From Eledone cirrhosa (taxonomy: Eukaryota), in NCBI GenBank assembly GCA_964016885.1, contig OZ024746.1, positions 35,898,001-35,962,000 of the forward strand: DNA of 64,000 nucleotides. Reading direction: 5' to 3'. Below are positions 40,875 to 56,289 of this stretch, in pieces; positions within the stretch are counted from its first letter, which is position 1; each line of letters starts with the position of its first letter. The translations under genes were made by a program, and so were the position numbers. The notes under the pieces were generated by a model. It saw only the letters and a list, made by a program, of their open reading frames with translations, was not told the origin of the DNA and made no database searches.

Positions 40875-40989
40875 CAAAGAATAAGACCATAACATTTGAT
40901 GTATTATGCACAGTAATATACCAGCATATGACCACAAAACCTTTGAGTAGAAGGACCAACAGTTCACAGGCGAAGTGCTTTAGTGCTGG
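40875..40989 (-). CDS. Internal exon (PALKHFACELLVLLLKGFVVICWYITVHNTSNVMVLFF), phase 0 to 1
   Basis: Acceptor ctatctttttgtag, donor TTG|GTAGGT, 115 bp open, hydrophobic. Confidence 0.7.
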
Positions 40990-41303
40990 CTACAAAAAGA
41001 TAGAGCAATTTGATTGTAAACTATGTATGAACCCGACAGTCGTTCCTTGGGTTGGTTAAGAATGAATATGGCATGCTACTATTATTATACACCTGTTTCG
41101 TTTGCTAGCGGTCCTCCAAAATATAAACCTCTCGCGTGTATTGCCATGAATACAATTCGTGAGTCGTAGACTCGTGTATGGAAATGTATGGAAATTAGAC
41201 GCGTAATCAAAATATTCTTGCTATCTTCTGGGCTGTTAAACTCGACGCTTATTGATTATTTCTCGGTTTTCTCTGGGTCTACAGTTGTGTTTTGTATGAT
41301 CGT

Positions 41304-41540
41304 GCGTGGCCTAGTGGGTTAAGTTGCTGTGAGTCCAGAACCTGGACCATGTTGGGCGCTTCTTTCTACAGTAAAACAGTTAATTTCACATCACTCCTTT
41401 ACACTCAGCTGAAAATGTGTACCAGCAGATGTTAGGGTTTAATCTTGTGATCGACTAGATTTATTTATTCCGTAAGCAAAATTTATTTTTGTCATTTGGT
41501 AATGATAGAAACTAGAACCTAGGTTATCTTTGTTCCACCA
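41304..41540 (+). mobile_element. Second tRNA-derived SINE family (related remnants near 1150-1285, 33240-33400, 34480-34620)
   Basis: A box GTGGCCTAGTGG, core CACTCAGCTGAAAATG.GTACC. Confidence 0.55.
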
Positions 41541-44070
41541 GCCTTTATGTGTATGAGCAGGTGTGAATAATTACAATCAAACTCATAAGTATGTATCTAT
41601 ATATTGCTTACTTATTTGACTATATAGCTGTGTGCATGCCTGAATGACTGCATTGCTGTTTGTGTGTGCCTATCCTCTTGTTTTAGTAATATGTTAGCCG
41701 TTTTCCATCTTACCTAGTATCTATAATAAAAAATGTGTATATGGTTGGTTAATATTGCAGATTATGTGTAAATTTGTTGCATTATTTTCAGTCCTCTCAG
41801 AGTAAATAGCTGTTGTGGGCATGAAACATTGGCGTGACATATCTTTCAATAAAGCTCATGCGAAGACCACTATCATCATTCATTCTATCTCCGTTGGTAA
41901 TACTCAGTATGAACTAACAGGCTGAGAACTTTAGTGAAAAGCTTGTGATATATTGATGCTATTTCAGTTTTTGCCTCGAAGGAAATGTTAGACGTTTTAA
42001 AGGGTTTCTTCCTCTTGTTTCATATTTCTTTATATTTATATTTATTTGAACGTGTTTCTGTTTTCCGTGGAAGGTTTATACTTCTTCTTCCAAAATAAAA
42101 GTAAACGAAAAGAATGAATAAATAAATGAATAAATGAAAAATACAAATTCTCAGTTGAACGAAATAAATATGATGAATAGAATGAAGTTAACGGAACATT
42201 GCATTTTTGGAGAGAGTGGCCTAACTTTAAGTCCCCTTTTATTCCATTTTCTATCAATTTTATTATGAAATCTACCTGTTTCTAACACAACCGTCTCTTC
42301 CCCATCTATGTCTCTGTATGATAAAACACATAAGCATTCATTTCAATGAAAGAAAAAGAAAACAAAGTTAAGTTATTTTGCTAATATTTGAAATAAGAGA
42401 TTAAGAGCTGTGTTTGACATGGCAATGAAATTAGCCACGGTGATATTAAAAATATCCTGATGGGGATGAGATGGAATGCATAAAATGAGATGAGATGAAA
42501 TATGTGGTTTTTCTATAATATATCGAATAAAGAAGGAAGGCGAAAACCTTAGCATACATTTTATTACGAAGAGAGAATATATAAAGTTCGGTTGCTACGA
42601 GGTTTCTGCCCTATTGTAAATATTGATACCCTTCTGAAGCAAACATCTTCATATTCGCAACACTACATTTTTATTTATTCTATCACCCATTAACACAACG
42701 AAAAGATGCATTAACATATTACTGACGTCATATCTTCCCCAATCTATCCGAAAGAAGATGTGTAAGGCTAGGACCCCAATCTAACCAAAAAGAAGAATAT
42801 ATTATGAAGTACGTAGAGGTGAAACTTCTTTTCAGACCATTACATTTGCGATATTTCTTCTGCGCCGATATAATGTCAGGTATTTTTTATAAATAATGAA
42901 ATGAGCACGTGGATATCTCCTTGGCACAACGTAAGTAATGATGACATTATTTCGAAATGGCTATATAAATTAATAGACGGGGAATTGGCAGAGTCATTAT
43001 AATGTTGGGTAGAATGCTTTGCGGTATTCTTTCCGTCACACTGATTTCAAATAATGCCATGGTCCACTTTGACTTTCATCAACTCGATGAAGATGAAAAG
43101 ATGACCAGTCTAGTACTGGGGTCCATTCTTCCTCTGGTTCATTCTCTCTGGGGTCCATTCTTTCTCTACCACATTATGACCTTCTCTGAAAAAGATCCGC
43201 TGTGTTCAGACATGAAGAGGGGATTGTTTCCGCCAAATTTTTATATACCCTAGAAACGCCATATGTTAATAAAGCACCCATAAGTCTCCCACGTACCGGA
43301 CGATGCGCGCATACAAATTAGTAATTATTAATGCACGTTTTCGTTGGCTATGCATCCATTTAACTTTTTAAAATATCCACAATTCGCTCCCTTCCATGTC
43401 AATGTTAAACTTTGATGATGAGATCGTAGTAAACTGTAATATGGATTTCAGAATATATATCTAAAAGAATTCAACATCCGTCTGAACAATATTCATCATA
43501 GCCGAAAGAATGTCTGAGTGATTAGAGATGGGTTTTTATTTTAAATAAGCTTCTACAATGACAAGAATGAAGACATAAAAAAGAAATGTATTCTGAACAA
43601 TTGAACAACAATGACATAGAAGGAAGAGAAAAAGTAAGCAATCAAGCGAGGAAAGGCAAAGAGAGAAAATAAGAAGATACGAAAGGAGAATATACAAAAA
43701 TGAATAGGGAAGATATATTATCCACTGGGAATTAAACTGTAACCACACGATCAAATACAGAAGGCAGACGATATATCACGTGTATAAGAGACACTTTTAT
43801 TTCATTTGCCTACAGTATATTTATGATTATGGTTTAGATGTAAATTTACTTTATTATACGCACCAAACTGTGTGTGCTTTCTCATACGTACCTTTATTTG
43901 TGTTTGTGTCTTCATATCCTATCTGGCATATATGTTTCGAAAACATATGTAGTATTTCAAGATTTATAGAAAGACTTCGCACAAGACTGACTGCTCTTCA
44001 CCCCCCTTTTATTCATAGATATATCTCACTATCCCACCATTTATTTGTTTTCTTCATATCTCCCTCGTTC

Positions 44071-44113
<43 letters not shown>

Positions 44114-44195
44114 ATGTGTGTGTGTGTGTGTGTGTGTGTACATATATATGTTTGTATGTTTATATAAATGTATATATATGTATATAAACATACAT

Positions 44196-44281
<86 letters not shown>

Positions 44282-44332
44282 ATATGTATATATATATATA
44301 TATATGTACATAGGTGTATATATATATATATT

Positions 44333-44413
<81 letters not shown>

Positions 44414-44459
44414 GTGTGTGTGTGTGTGCATGAGAGTGTGTGTGGATGCTTGAGATCAC

Positions 44460-46150
44460 AAGAAATCAAAGATTTTATTTTTATTGACTCGTTTCTATTC
44501 AGATTCGAAATGAATTGATAAGATTAATAGTCTTCTGGGATTGTGTTTGTAATTTTTTTCGAATATTGTCGATTGGACAATAGACGAAATGTTATTAGTT
44601 GAACCTTGTGTTAAATCTTTCAAGGGCTGTCAAGTATTTTGCTTGTTGTATTCCTATGTATTTCGCATTAATTCAAACCTCCTTATCTAGGACAGTTGTT
44701 GCCAATATAAGGATTTGCTTTTTGCCTTAAAGTCAAAATCTCCATTTGCTTGTCCTTGAGTGCCTTCCTTAATATTGAAATGAATTTTAAGTCTTTTAAT
44801 TTTCATAGTGAGAGAATCATTGGGACATCTGACATTTCAGCACACCAGGATGCAATTGAATGTCATAGACAGGGACTCAACCACCTCGATTTCTCTGGTT
44901 GGGAACATCGTTCACATAAGATGGCACTACTCTTCAGTGTTCTAGAAATTGATGGTTGTCTCTTACCACATATAGTTTCCGGCGTGGTGTCTCGGGAGTC
45001 AGTACATACAGATGAGAGAAGAGAATAAACCTTTGATGGAACTACTCACTGATTACCATTGAATGACGGCTTTTCCACAATTTAATTAATGCATTAGGAT
45101 AATTTATTTTGAAATTGATTTGGGTGTTCTTTAAATATTTAGCATAACCAGCAATTGCTGGTTTTATACAGTCATTTTGCGTAATGTCAGTTGTTTATTG
45201 AAAGGTACTATTTGTGTATATGGTAAGGTAGGTGGTAATATATTCCCTGGGTCGGGTTGCTACCGGAGGCCCCGTTTCATTTCAGTTGTAGTTATTGTTG
45301 TATTGGGCTTCAAATGAATTGTGTTTGTAATGTTGCTGCATTATTGGTGGAGATGATGATGAAGTTAGTGCGGGTTTCGTTGCTAGCATTGTTGAAGTTA
45401 GATCCTATCTACTGGCTTATGGTTGCAATGAGTAGGATGGCCTTTATGCACACCTGACCACTTTGGCGGCTGCGTTATAACATGTTTCATCATCGAATCC
45501 CCTTCCTAATATTCAAAACCTCGGGCAATAAAGCATGGAGTGGTGATTTGAGGTGCCATATGGGCAAACCCATATTTACAAAATAGTGACCTCAAGATGA
45601 GAGAGGTTTTGTTACATCCTCACCCAACAAAATTGAAAAGGTGTGTGCTTTTGACTACACATTTGTCAGTTGTGCATTTTGTGTTTCACCGCAGGCCTGG
45701 GAGGGTTTTTAATGTTGTCTCAAATACAGATGCATGATCATCTTTCAGTATGTTCCATCAGGTTGGTTTAGATTTTTGTTTACTCTCTATGTTAAATATT
45801 TGCCATTTCTTAATTTTTTATCTGATTGTGTGTATATTTCTTAAGTATTGGTATTCGCTGTATTGGTATCACCATTTACAGGTGCTTCACTCTGTATCCT
45901 GCAGTGTCTGTTCTTTTTAATGACTTTGGTCTCTTTCGAAATTGTAAATTTTGACAACACAGTGTTAAGGTGGGAGTGACAGTGCTGGTGTTGGCAGTAT
46001 TACAGCCAGTTTGTGGAGGAGATAATATTGAAGCGGATGTGTGCCTGTGCTGTTATCGATGAATTTAAATAGTTGTTGGATTCAGACTGTATGTTTTCCT
46101 TTAATTACTTTTGTTACTTTTTTTTTTTTTGGGGGGGGGGGGGGGGGGTC
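44460..46150 (-). mobile_element. Possible ancient L1/Tx1-like remnant
   Basis: Strand-biased composition and QPPKWSGVHKGH resembling a decayed knuckle; no intact frame. Confidence 0.3.
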
Positions 46151-47259
46151 TTTTTCTGTCATATGGATTCACCGTCCTACTACCGCTGAGAAATAAATAA
46201 TAGGACGCGAATGGGGCTCGAGTGCGTATATGAGTGTATGTGTTCGTGTGTATGCGTCTATATCTACGTTTGTGTTTGAAAGATGAAGATACAAAAACAT
46301 AAAGAACGTGAGGGTGGTTTGGATTTTTTTTCCCCTTTTTTTATCGTTGTACTTGATGCTAACACTATAGTTTCTATTTTTCTATTATTGTTGTTAATGA
46401 TGTTCCCAATGCAGCATCTACTTTAGTTGAAGTCACGGCTGCTCTTGACGAAACTGATGTTATTGTTGTTGCCTTTATAGTGACTGCCGCAGCTATCGTT
46501 ATTCCCTATGTCATTGGTTTTTGTTGATATTTTATTCTAGACCTAACAATGCAACACAACTAGGTATGAATATCAGAATTATGTAGAATAGGATAACATA
46601 TACAATTAAATAAAAAGAAACATACTTGAAACAAATAATATCGGATCAACAACAGATTCGTATGTGGGAAGCTATTATCATGTTTAATCAAAATAGTATC
46701 TAATTAAAATCCACTTGTGTATGCTCCCATCTAGTTAATCTCTTCCGTTTCAGAACAAATATAAGCAGTCAAGTCGTTAGAGTGGGAAAGGGATCCCTAT
46801 GTTTCTATAGTGTCTTCATGTAAAATGTTTATAGTCAAATAAATTGGTTTTATCTTAACTTTATATTATTCATAACACACTGTGCAAAATTCCTCCTCAG
46901 ATGTGGGTTTTTGTCAAGTAAATGAGGAGTTGAATAATGGGTTGACCATGTTTTATGTTCCGTTTATATTCCTTGCCATTAAAGAAGTAATGATTTTCCA
47001 CTGAATTATTATGCTGTGTTAGGTTTTTTTTTTCGAATTATGGGATTTTTCTATTTTTCCGTGATATAGTTCCAACTGCGTCTTCTCCATGCGTATACTC
47101 CATGAACAAATGTGTATGTTGTGAGGATAGACTTCATGGTTGTTGATACAAGAGCAGTTTCCTTTTCCATCCTTGGTGCTGCATCCGGGGAAGGATCTCG
47201 CTCTTTAGGACTCATTTCTGTTTCATTCTGTCTCCACCCACACACATACACACAGACAC

Positions 47260-47301
<42 letters not shown>

Positions 47302-47306
<5 letters not shown>

Positions 47307-47506
47307 AACGAGTAGGACCCCGACGGCTGAGCTCAAGCCGTTTCGACGGCTAATTCTGGACTAAATTGTAGTCCAGAATTAGCCGTCGAAACGGCTTGAG
47401 CTCAGCCGTCGGGGTCCTACTCGTTCCTATTACCCACTCTGCTACCCTACGTATTGAGTAGTTTGGTGAGTTATGGTCCACCTGGTTCCTTACCACATTT
47501 CCTTCG

Positions 47507-47508
<2 letters not shown>
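47302..47508 (+). mobile_element. Same family as 35755-35947, 62-bp perfect arms, about 78-bp tail
   Basis: Arms 47302-47363 and 47369-47430; tail homologous to 35755-35831. Confidence 0.85.
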
Positions 47509-47587
<79 letters not shown>

Positions 47588-47617
47588 TATGTATATATAT
47601 TTACCAATATATATATT

Positions 47618-47686
<69 letters not shown>

Positions 47687-47830
47687 ATATATAAATATAT
47701 ATATATGTATATATGTATATATAAATGAGTATGGCCTTATGTTTGGAGTGGGTGTGTGTGGTTTTCCATTTTGATTTACCCATTTCTGTTTCGTTCTCTC
47801 TCCACCCACACACAGACACACAGACACATA

Positions 47831-48214
<384 letters not shown>

Positions 48215-48415
48215 ATGTATATATAAAAGAGTATGACCTTATATTTGGAGTGCATGTGTGTGGTTCTCCAGTTTTGATTCACTGTCTAGGATTCTGATTT
48301 CTATACCCATTCTAAACAGACTGACTTCGGGTTATTTCTTCGGCATTTCACCGTGAAATTAGGTCTTCAATACAACGTGAAGCATCGTGGAAATGATTGC
48401 TAATAACGTCATTTT

Positions 48416-48492
<77 letters not shown>

Positions 48493-48637
48493 TGCACTAT
48501 CCACAAGTGTTTTTTAGCCTTCATATCATGTTCTCCTGTTTTATCTGATGAAAACACAATTATTATTGCATGATGATGTTTGTTTTTGAAATGCGCATAA
48601 TAAAATACATGGAACTCCTTTAACCATCTTTTGATCT

Positions 48638-48736
<99 letters not shown>

Positions 48737-48802
48737 CTTGTGTGTATGTGATTATTTTTATTCAGATTGTTATTAGTATCATTATAGAATAAAATACATT
48801 AC

Positions 48803-48831
48803 ATTTCTTGAAGGAGCGATAACTCCAGTAC
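48803..48831 (-). CDS. 29-bp micro-exon (TGVIAPSRN), phase 1 to 0
   Basis: Acceptor aatttcag, donor |GTAATG; phases fit both neighbours. Confidence 0.55.
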
Positions 48832-49662
48832 CTGAAATTGTTGTTAATGCTTTATAACATCATTTAATTTAAAATGAGTATTGCTCGACTATTCTTAATT
48901 GGAATATGTACATATTTAAACAAACTCCATAATTATTTTAGTAATTTATTGTAAATTGATAGAAATATCTGGATAATATTCTCTTCTAATTCGTCTCATA
49001 AAGATTTAAAATATATATATGTTTCAACAACAATATTTTTGAGAGCAGGTGTTATCAGCAAACGTATTCGTTCTGACAAGAGATCTCAACAAGTTCATTA
49101 ACCCTATATATGCATCACACAGAGGAATACACATGGGCCATGTGGGATAAATTAATTTCATTATGACTAATCAAAACACCTCAAGCTCTATATTATAATT
49201 TGGTATTGATTGATAACTTCATTTTTCCGGAAGAGGACAATTTAGCAAGTACAGTTTGCGTATTAGATAATTACCGTTACATTCTCATTTTTTTTAAATT
49301 TCTCTCATTTAAACGACACAAGCTAAGGATATTCATGGCATTTTAAGGTTCAGTGAAATTCATATTCGCTATATGTTTTCCTTTATATATTTCCATCCTC
49401 ATTAACACTCTTTTACAACATTCTAGGTTGGATTAAACGCCAGTTAAATGCAATATATTAAATTAAAACCGTTCATCGGAATTTTAAATGATCGTTTATA
49501 TACTATTTTTGAAATCAAATGCCAACATTTTATACAAGGAGAACTAACATAAAGAAGGCATTGAATTAAGTATCACTATATGTTTCATTCACACAAGAAA
49601 TATATTAATAAAAACATGAAATAAATCCCGTATTCTAATTTTATGGAATACACGAAAAATAC

Positions 49663-49705
49663 CTCCACAGATTAACATTTTGCACCACAGGCTGAAGCTG
49701 TTACA
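49663..49705 (-). CDS. 43-bp exon (CNSFSLWCKMLICG), phase 0 to 1
   Basis: Acceptor (tg)n-cag, donor GAG|GTATTT; open; phases fit. Confidence 0.55.
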
Positions 49706-49708
49706 CTG

Positions 49709-49742
<34 letters not shown>

Positions 49743-49768
49743 CATGTGTGTGTGTGTGTGTGTGTGTA

Positions 49769-49795
<27 letters not shown>

Positions 49796-49799
<4 letters not shown>

Positions 49800-49981
49800 T
49801 TATTAAAATAACAGATTCAAGTTTCAGAAAATCCAGTTAAGGGTGAAAGCAGCGATTCTTTGCTTTAACTTTAATCTGTTATTTTAATAAATATTTGGTC
49901 TACGGTTCTTATATATTTGATATATATTTATCCTTATCGAGCCCTCTTTGGATTTTAGTCTTCAAATTTATTATTATTACT

Positions 49982-49982
<1 letters not shown>
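49796..49982 (+). mobile_element. Minimal copy of the same PLE end: hairpin enclosing the hammerhead core, plus tail
   Basis: 49796-49824 pairs with 49866-49894; tail 49895-49982 is the reverse complement of about 13752-13838. Confidence 0.85.
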
Positions 49983-50035
<53 letters not shown>

Positions 50036-50036
50036 T

Positions 50037-50130
<94 letters not shown>

Positions 50131-50494
50131 GAGAGAGAAAGATACACAGGCGCAGACATACATACATAAACACACATATGCATAGATACACAGGGGCACA
50201 TACAAATATATGGAATGGTTAATGTAGGAAGGCATATAGACATGACGGTTCAAACATGGAATGCATATGGATACGGAATATGTGTATAATTCTATAAGGG
50301 TAATTATCTATCCCTATTTAATTTAATAACACAGATGATACATTAAAACCTCTTGGTATAACAATACTTAAAACACGATGTGCATACATGTTATAGTGTA
50401 ATTGTGGACCAAGTACCCTAATGATCTTGCTATGAACATTAAGAGATGAGAAATATATTCTAACTTTGTTTCCTTTTACCACATATCAACTAAC

Positions 50495-50602
50495 GTAGTC
50501 ATCTTCTCTATCTAGCGCCGCTCTAATGAGAAATAAACTATCATTGTTGTTTTCAAATGTTTTTGAATATGTAATGAAGTTAAACCCGCTGTCAGGATTT
50601 AT
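50495..50602 (-). CDS. 108-bp exon (INPDSGFNFITYSKTFENNNDSLFLIRAALDREDDY), phase 0 to 0
   Basis: Acceptor ttttctcaatatacag, donor |GTTAGT; only phase 0 is open. Confidence 0.65.
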
Positions 50603-52368
50603 CTGTATATTGAGAAAAGTAGAAATAATATTTACCCTAGTGGTAGTATCAAATAGTGTTGCGGAAGGAAGCAGATGAGATCGAGAGATCTGCTTGACAG
50701 AGGCACTGAGCAGCAACTCATGCTTACATTGTAACATTAAAATATATTATTTCCAAATTGAACAGAGTGAAATTATGAATGAAATCTATATCATATTTTT
50801 ATCTCCCTAGATCTGTATGGTTGATATCAAATATAAAAAAAAATATGTCCATATAAGGACCACAGAACATTATATAATTCATTTTACTCGGACACTCGGC
50901 TGTATTGTAGATTAGCTAAAGTTGAAATACATTGCTATAATTAAAAATGTATCTCTTCGGAGGTTTTGTTTCACAGTCATGAAAGCAACTGGTCAAATGA
51001 AGATAGCATAATGATGATATATAACCAAATGATCCATAGGGGATTTGGAACCCTCGTATGAATGGGAACAATTCCATGCAAACTTAGTGGTAAAAGGTGA
51101 AATAGAATCTCATGCCCCATATGGAAAGCAGTCAGTGATATTGGTGGGCCTTGAATTTGGTACTCAATAAGCCCTTTCTCAATAAAGCGTTGCCCAATAA
51201 GGTATGTCAACTGTTGGTGTCCTGACCTTTTTCTACTTGATGGACATGAAGAAAATAAGTGAGTAACAATCGTATGTATCGACCTCAGATGGAAAATTTG
51301 GGAGGATCTCTTCCCGGAATTTGACTAAAGAACGTAAAGATGTTTAATTAAATTCCTGGTGATCTATTCTAGTATGTTTGACAATTCTTAGAATATTATA
51401 GCCAGTATGTAGAAAATAATTATTAATGATAGCTTCTTGGGTTGGTGCATGCATTTTGGGAGAAGCACAAATATAAAAGCATTGAAACATTTACTTGATC
51501 ATGCCATATATATCGATAATATTGGTATGAAGAAAATTATTCTCTTCAACGATTGTTGATACTAGAAATGTTAAGAGACATGTCTAAATAACACAGCGCA
51601 TTAAATATTATACTTTACTGATTCAATTATCTATCGTATTTAATATTAATACAGTTATCATCAGTTAGCTTTTGCTTTAGGGAACATTTTGAATTTAAAT
51701 AATGAAATTATATATTTAAATATACCTAAATTTCATATTATGAGCACTTATTAAAATCTAAACTATAGAATGCATCTTCACTATAACTGCTTCAATATAT
51801 TCGATGTAAATAGAAGTGCACTGAATTGTGTATATGTTTATCAATGTGCTTAAATATAAGAAAGCGTTTCAAAACAGTCTAGATATGCGTTGTTTTCGGT
51901 AAATATTATGTCGTACATATGCTTATAAATATTTAAAAAATCTGAATAATTATACAAAACACCAACAATCGAGTAAAGCACTTAACTATTAAATATTCTG
52001 AAATAATCTACATACTAAGACAGCTATATTTTAATATATTCAGTGAATAAATATCCTTCTATAATTATGTACACTACTTAACAATTTTTTTGCTGTGCCA
52101 AATTGAATTAATATGATTATGCATTTATTTTGTTGATATAAGTAGTATTATGTCTAAAGTGTAAAGTTATAGATTTTAATTAAGTAATAACATAGAAAGA
52201 TAACATATAGATAATAAAAAGGAAAACTATATAATTCAATATATAGTAAACAACAATAACATTCATTTTACAAATAAAAAAAAATTAAACATAGACAAAT
52301 GATATGAAGGACTAGTTATATATAAATAAACATATATATTCAGCTTCATACATTATTTGTTCACATAC

Positions 52369-52408
52369 GGATATCTGTGTATTAGACACTCTGCATGCTT
52401 CCTCATAT
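52369..52408 (-). CDS. 40-bp exon (YEEACRVSNTQIS), phase 2 to 0
   Basis: Acceptor aactttcag, donor |GTATGT; in frame with 50495-50602. Confidence 0.55.
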
Positions 52409-52639
52409 CTGAAAGTTATTGCCGATTTATCTATTTTAAATGTTGTGAAAGAAATTTATGAAGGCTGCTTAGATTAAAGCATGTAGCCGGTATCTGTGAG
52501 ATATGTGGTACCTCTCAACATAGCGGCCGTTGGCGGCTCAATTTCCCGTCTTTTAAGAGTGTTTAACATAGATTATAAGCTATCTTTAAATCATTTCTGT
52601 ATTTAAGCATTTTTCCTATATATATATATATATATAGGA

Positions 52640-54833
52640 AGCGTTATGTAGAGCAGGCTATAGTAATGAAATTAAATACATTGAAAATAAGGAAGTGCCA
52701 ATTAACCATAACTATAAATATAATTATAATAGAAAACCTTGCATTAACTGAAAAACCCAAAGAAAAAAATAGAACTAGAAATAGATTATGGTTCGCTCCA
52801 CCTTTCTCATTAAGTATTAAAACTCCTATTGCTAAATTATTCTTTAAACATTAAGATACACAGGTATTACTCAATCTGTAATAGACATACCATTAAACTC
52901 TCATATTCCACGACTATGAATTTAGCGCAGAATACTAATAGAATTAATAAAAGAAACTTAAAACCTAACCAAAATAGCATTAATACCTCTAGCAATATCC
53001 AATATAATGTTACGGCTCCCAATAATATAAATTCAGATATATGTAATTGTAGAAATTAATCTTACTGTCCTCTAAATAATAATTGTTTAGTTAAAAATAT
53101 AGTATACAATTGTAATGTCAAAACAACTGAAAACTCCTTTAATTATGGCGGCTCTACTTCCACAGTCTTCAAATCTCGTTTTAATAACCATAAATGTTTA
53201 TTTACGAATATTGGTAAAATATCTGCAACTTCTCTATCTAACTTATTATGGGACTTGAGATCCAAGAATATTAACTATTCTTTACTTTGGAAAATTATTT
53301 CCAAACCTCCGTCATACACTGCTTTATCCCAAAATTGGTCCCTTTGCTTTGAAGAAATATTATTTATACTAAAAAGTAAGAACTCTATTAATTTGCGAAA
53401 TAATTTATTTAGTTCCTGCAAACATCGTTTAAACTCAACTGTTCAATAAATATATAAAATGTAATATATAATTTATCTCCTTTACATAATGTATTCTATA
53501 ATATATATATGATTCATATATTTAATTTACTTTCTATTATTTCTACCTCACATATATATACTATATACTTTATATAATTACACCTGTTGATAGATTATAC
53601 ATTTTTTTTGTATGGCTGATTGAAACTCCTTTAAGAACATTTGTTTCTTGAAAAACTTACGGAAGGTTTTAAGGAAAATCTTTTGAAAATTCCTTTGAAA
53701 GATATAGAAAAACCATTATTTTCATACCTTCCAATATTTTTATATTTTTATATTTTTATATATAGGTTTTTCTATATATATGTGGAATAACCTATGGTTT
53801 ATGCTTTAAATATACTCATAAGATACATTTTTGCAATTTTTTAACTTTATAGCAAGTAAATTTATGACTTCGTATAAAATAACATATGGTTCATGTTTTA
53901 ATTATATTCTTAAGATAAACACATTTTTAACCTTTTTAACTTTATAACATTTAATCCTTAGAGTCATCTGAGTTCTTAAAAAATCACTTCTAACTTCCTT
54001 TACACTTCCTTGCTGTTTTTAAATATAATTAAGTGGTTATTCCTTTGTAAATTCTCGTAAATTTTCATAAATTTAGAATTATTTGGATGTTTAAATGTTG
54101 ACTTACAACTTTTAATAAAATAAATTATACTAGATTTGCTCTAATGTAAAATACTATATATTTATTTAAATAATTTTTAATCCTTAACATACACATTTAA
54201 ACTAATTATTAATATTAAATTATTAAATTAAATATTTAATATTAAGGTAAATTTTAATCTTTAATTTTGATTTCTAATTTTTAATTTTCATTTAATTTCA
54301 ATCTAATTTTTCAACCTATCATTATAAGTATTATAATCAAAACGTAATGAACCCTGCATTATATATATTATTCTTCCACGTTAATCTCATTTCTTCTTTT
54401 ACTTAGATATATTTACGCTGTGTATATTTATCCTTTGAAACTTATTTCTTCATGCACTCTATTTTCACTATCAATATATATATTCTTTCTTTCTTTCCTC
54501 TTCTATCTTTCTCCTTTCTTTTTTTCTTTTTTTTCTTTCTTTTTTTTCTCTCTCCCTTACATATCATCTTCTTCCAACAGTTTAATTTAAATAAACCGTT
54601 ATCTTTTCAACCTTTCGGACACTCATTTGCATATTCACTCATAACTTGGTATAACCCTCAATAAATGTACTATCCAGGAAGCTCCAACCGTTAAGGGTGT
54701 CTTTTTTCCGGGTATGTCAATATTTATTTATTAAAAAAATCTGTATTTTAGCTGATGAAACGCACCATAATTTGCCTTGGTTGCCCTTGAAATATGTATA
54801 ATAAAATAAATAATAGTTTCCATTTATTAATAT

Positions 54834-54838
<5 letters not shown>
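52640..54838 (+). mobile_element. Decayed 5'-truncated Naiad-like PLE (GIY-YIG remnant + AT-rich 3' UTR)
   Basis: RLWFAPPFS, IKLSYSTT, CNCRN*SYCPLNNNCLVKNIVY, LLWKII, SCKH align with the 14839 ORF; HHR near the end; (TA)n flanks. Confidence 0.85.
54744..54808 (+). ncRNA. Slightly decayed minimal hammerhead at the 3' end of the second PLE
   Basis: TATTTTAg-CTGATGA-aacgcacca...tggttgccctt-GAAA-TATGTATA-aTAAAATA. Confidence 0.65.
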
Positions 54839-54899
<61 letters not shown>

Positions 54900-54924
54900 A
54901 TATATTAATAAATGGAAACTATAT

Positions 54925-55663
54925 ATATATATACAGGGAAGCTTAATCATTAAAAGGTATATATTTTTGAAGTTCTACTTAACTTTATTTATTTGTTACC
55001 TAGCCATGCGTGGTTACACGCTTGTAAAAATTATCTCCTGTGATTTTTCATGTTTATATTTATTTATATATATGTTGATCAATTCCTAGTTATTAGTATA
55101 AAATGCTAGTACCTATAAAGTCCTAGAGCTTATTTTCCCGGCGATATGGCGCATTCCGTTAAGGAATGACACCCACAATTCCGATTCTGATTGAATTCTT
55201 TTAATCTATCTTAATTTTGGATATAGATATAATACTGCTCCTTAATTGTAGAGCTAACTCTATTGAAGGGAATTGGCTGCTATTTCTAGTTGTCGAATAA
55301 CTATTCACGCCACTGAAACGAAGCCGCAGTGATGTGTAATATCAACACGTGGTAACGGCCAGTTTAAGATTTTGGCTCGAAGTGTAAATATGGATCGCTT
55401 GATATTGTTCTTCTTTGTTGGTAATCAAATAATATCCACTTTCCGTGACTTACCATCTGATTAATTGGTGAAATATATTTCTTTAATGAAATATATACAG
55501 GGAAGATTAATCATTAAAAGGTATATATTTTTGAAGTTCTAGTTAACTTTATTTATTTGTTACCTACTAGCCATGCGTGGTTACACGCTTGTAAAAATTA
55601 TCTCCTGTGATTTTTCATGTTTATATTTATTTATATATATGTTGATCAATTCCTAGTTATTAT
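54925..55663. repeat. Near-identical direct repeat of about 170 bp (54925-55094, 55491-55663)
   Basis: atacagggaag...aattcctagttatta occurs twice; TA-rich flanks. Confidence 0.9.
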
Positions 55664-55734
55664 TATATATATATATATATTTATATATAGATATATATAT
55701 GCAATATATATATATGCACAATATATATATATGT

Positions 55735-55815
55735 ATATATTGCAAGTTATATATATATTGCAAGTATATATACATTGCAAGTTATATATATATACATTGC
55801 AAGTTATATATTGTA
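55735..55815. repeat. Short minisatellite of ATATTGCAAGTT plus variable (TA)n
   Basis: Four ttgcaagt units plus a ttgtaagt variant, adjoining the R4 remnant. Confidence 0.8.
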
Positions 55816-56155
55816 AGTTCCTCATGCTCTTTTGCTGAGATATTTTTATTTGATGGCACAGACATGTCAATGGTTTTCTGATTTTTAAAAAGTTTCATTA
55901 TAATATCATGGCAGTTTGCATTAATGTGATAAAGTACCAAATGATTGTTACTCCTTCAGTCTCAGCTACTGGATGAGGTGTAAGTTCATACCAGTTTTCC
56001 GCTTGTTCTGCCTTGTATTTATTGCATATTATCTAGTGGATGTATTGCCCGACCATATCATGTCTAAACTTCAGTCGCTAGAGTGGGGCATTCTGATATT
56101 ATGTGGTCAATATTGTCAAACTGCACACAAAATAACCTGCTTTTGGAGATTCCTC
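55815..56155 (-). pseudogene. Third decayed R4/Dong endonuclease fragment
   Basis: NIDHIISECP, RHDMVGQYIH, ENWYE, IDMSVPSNKNIS. Confidence 0.75.
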
Positions 56156-56159
56156 CATT

Positions 56160-56280
56160 ATTAACCTCGGCGGGATTTGAACGGTCAGAGTTCATATCCT
56201 GCTGAGGTTAACTTTGCGTTTCATCCTTACGGGCTCGATAAAATAAAGTACCAGTGTTGCCAAAAGTAGAAACAATCATT
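56160..56280 (+). mobile_element. SINE family A with short 5' inversion
   Basis: ttaacctcggcgggatttgaac is inverted relative to gttcatatcctgctgaggttaa. Confidence 0.8.
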
Positions 56281-56289
56281 ATTATTTTT

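Noticed and set aside
50495-50602. Cadherin-like INPDSG...LDRE motif
   Set aside because: Adjacent in-phase exons lack AxDxG and DxNDNxP and lead into hydrophobic segments.
51495-51561. Candidate exon STIVEENNFLHTNIIDIYGMI
   Set aside because: Its phases do not fit between the flanking phase-0 junctions.
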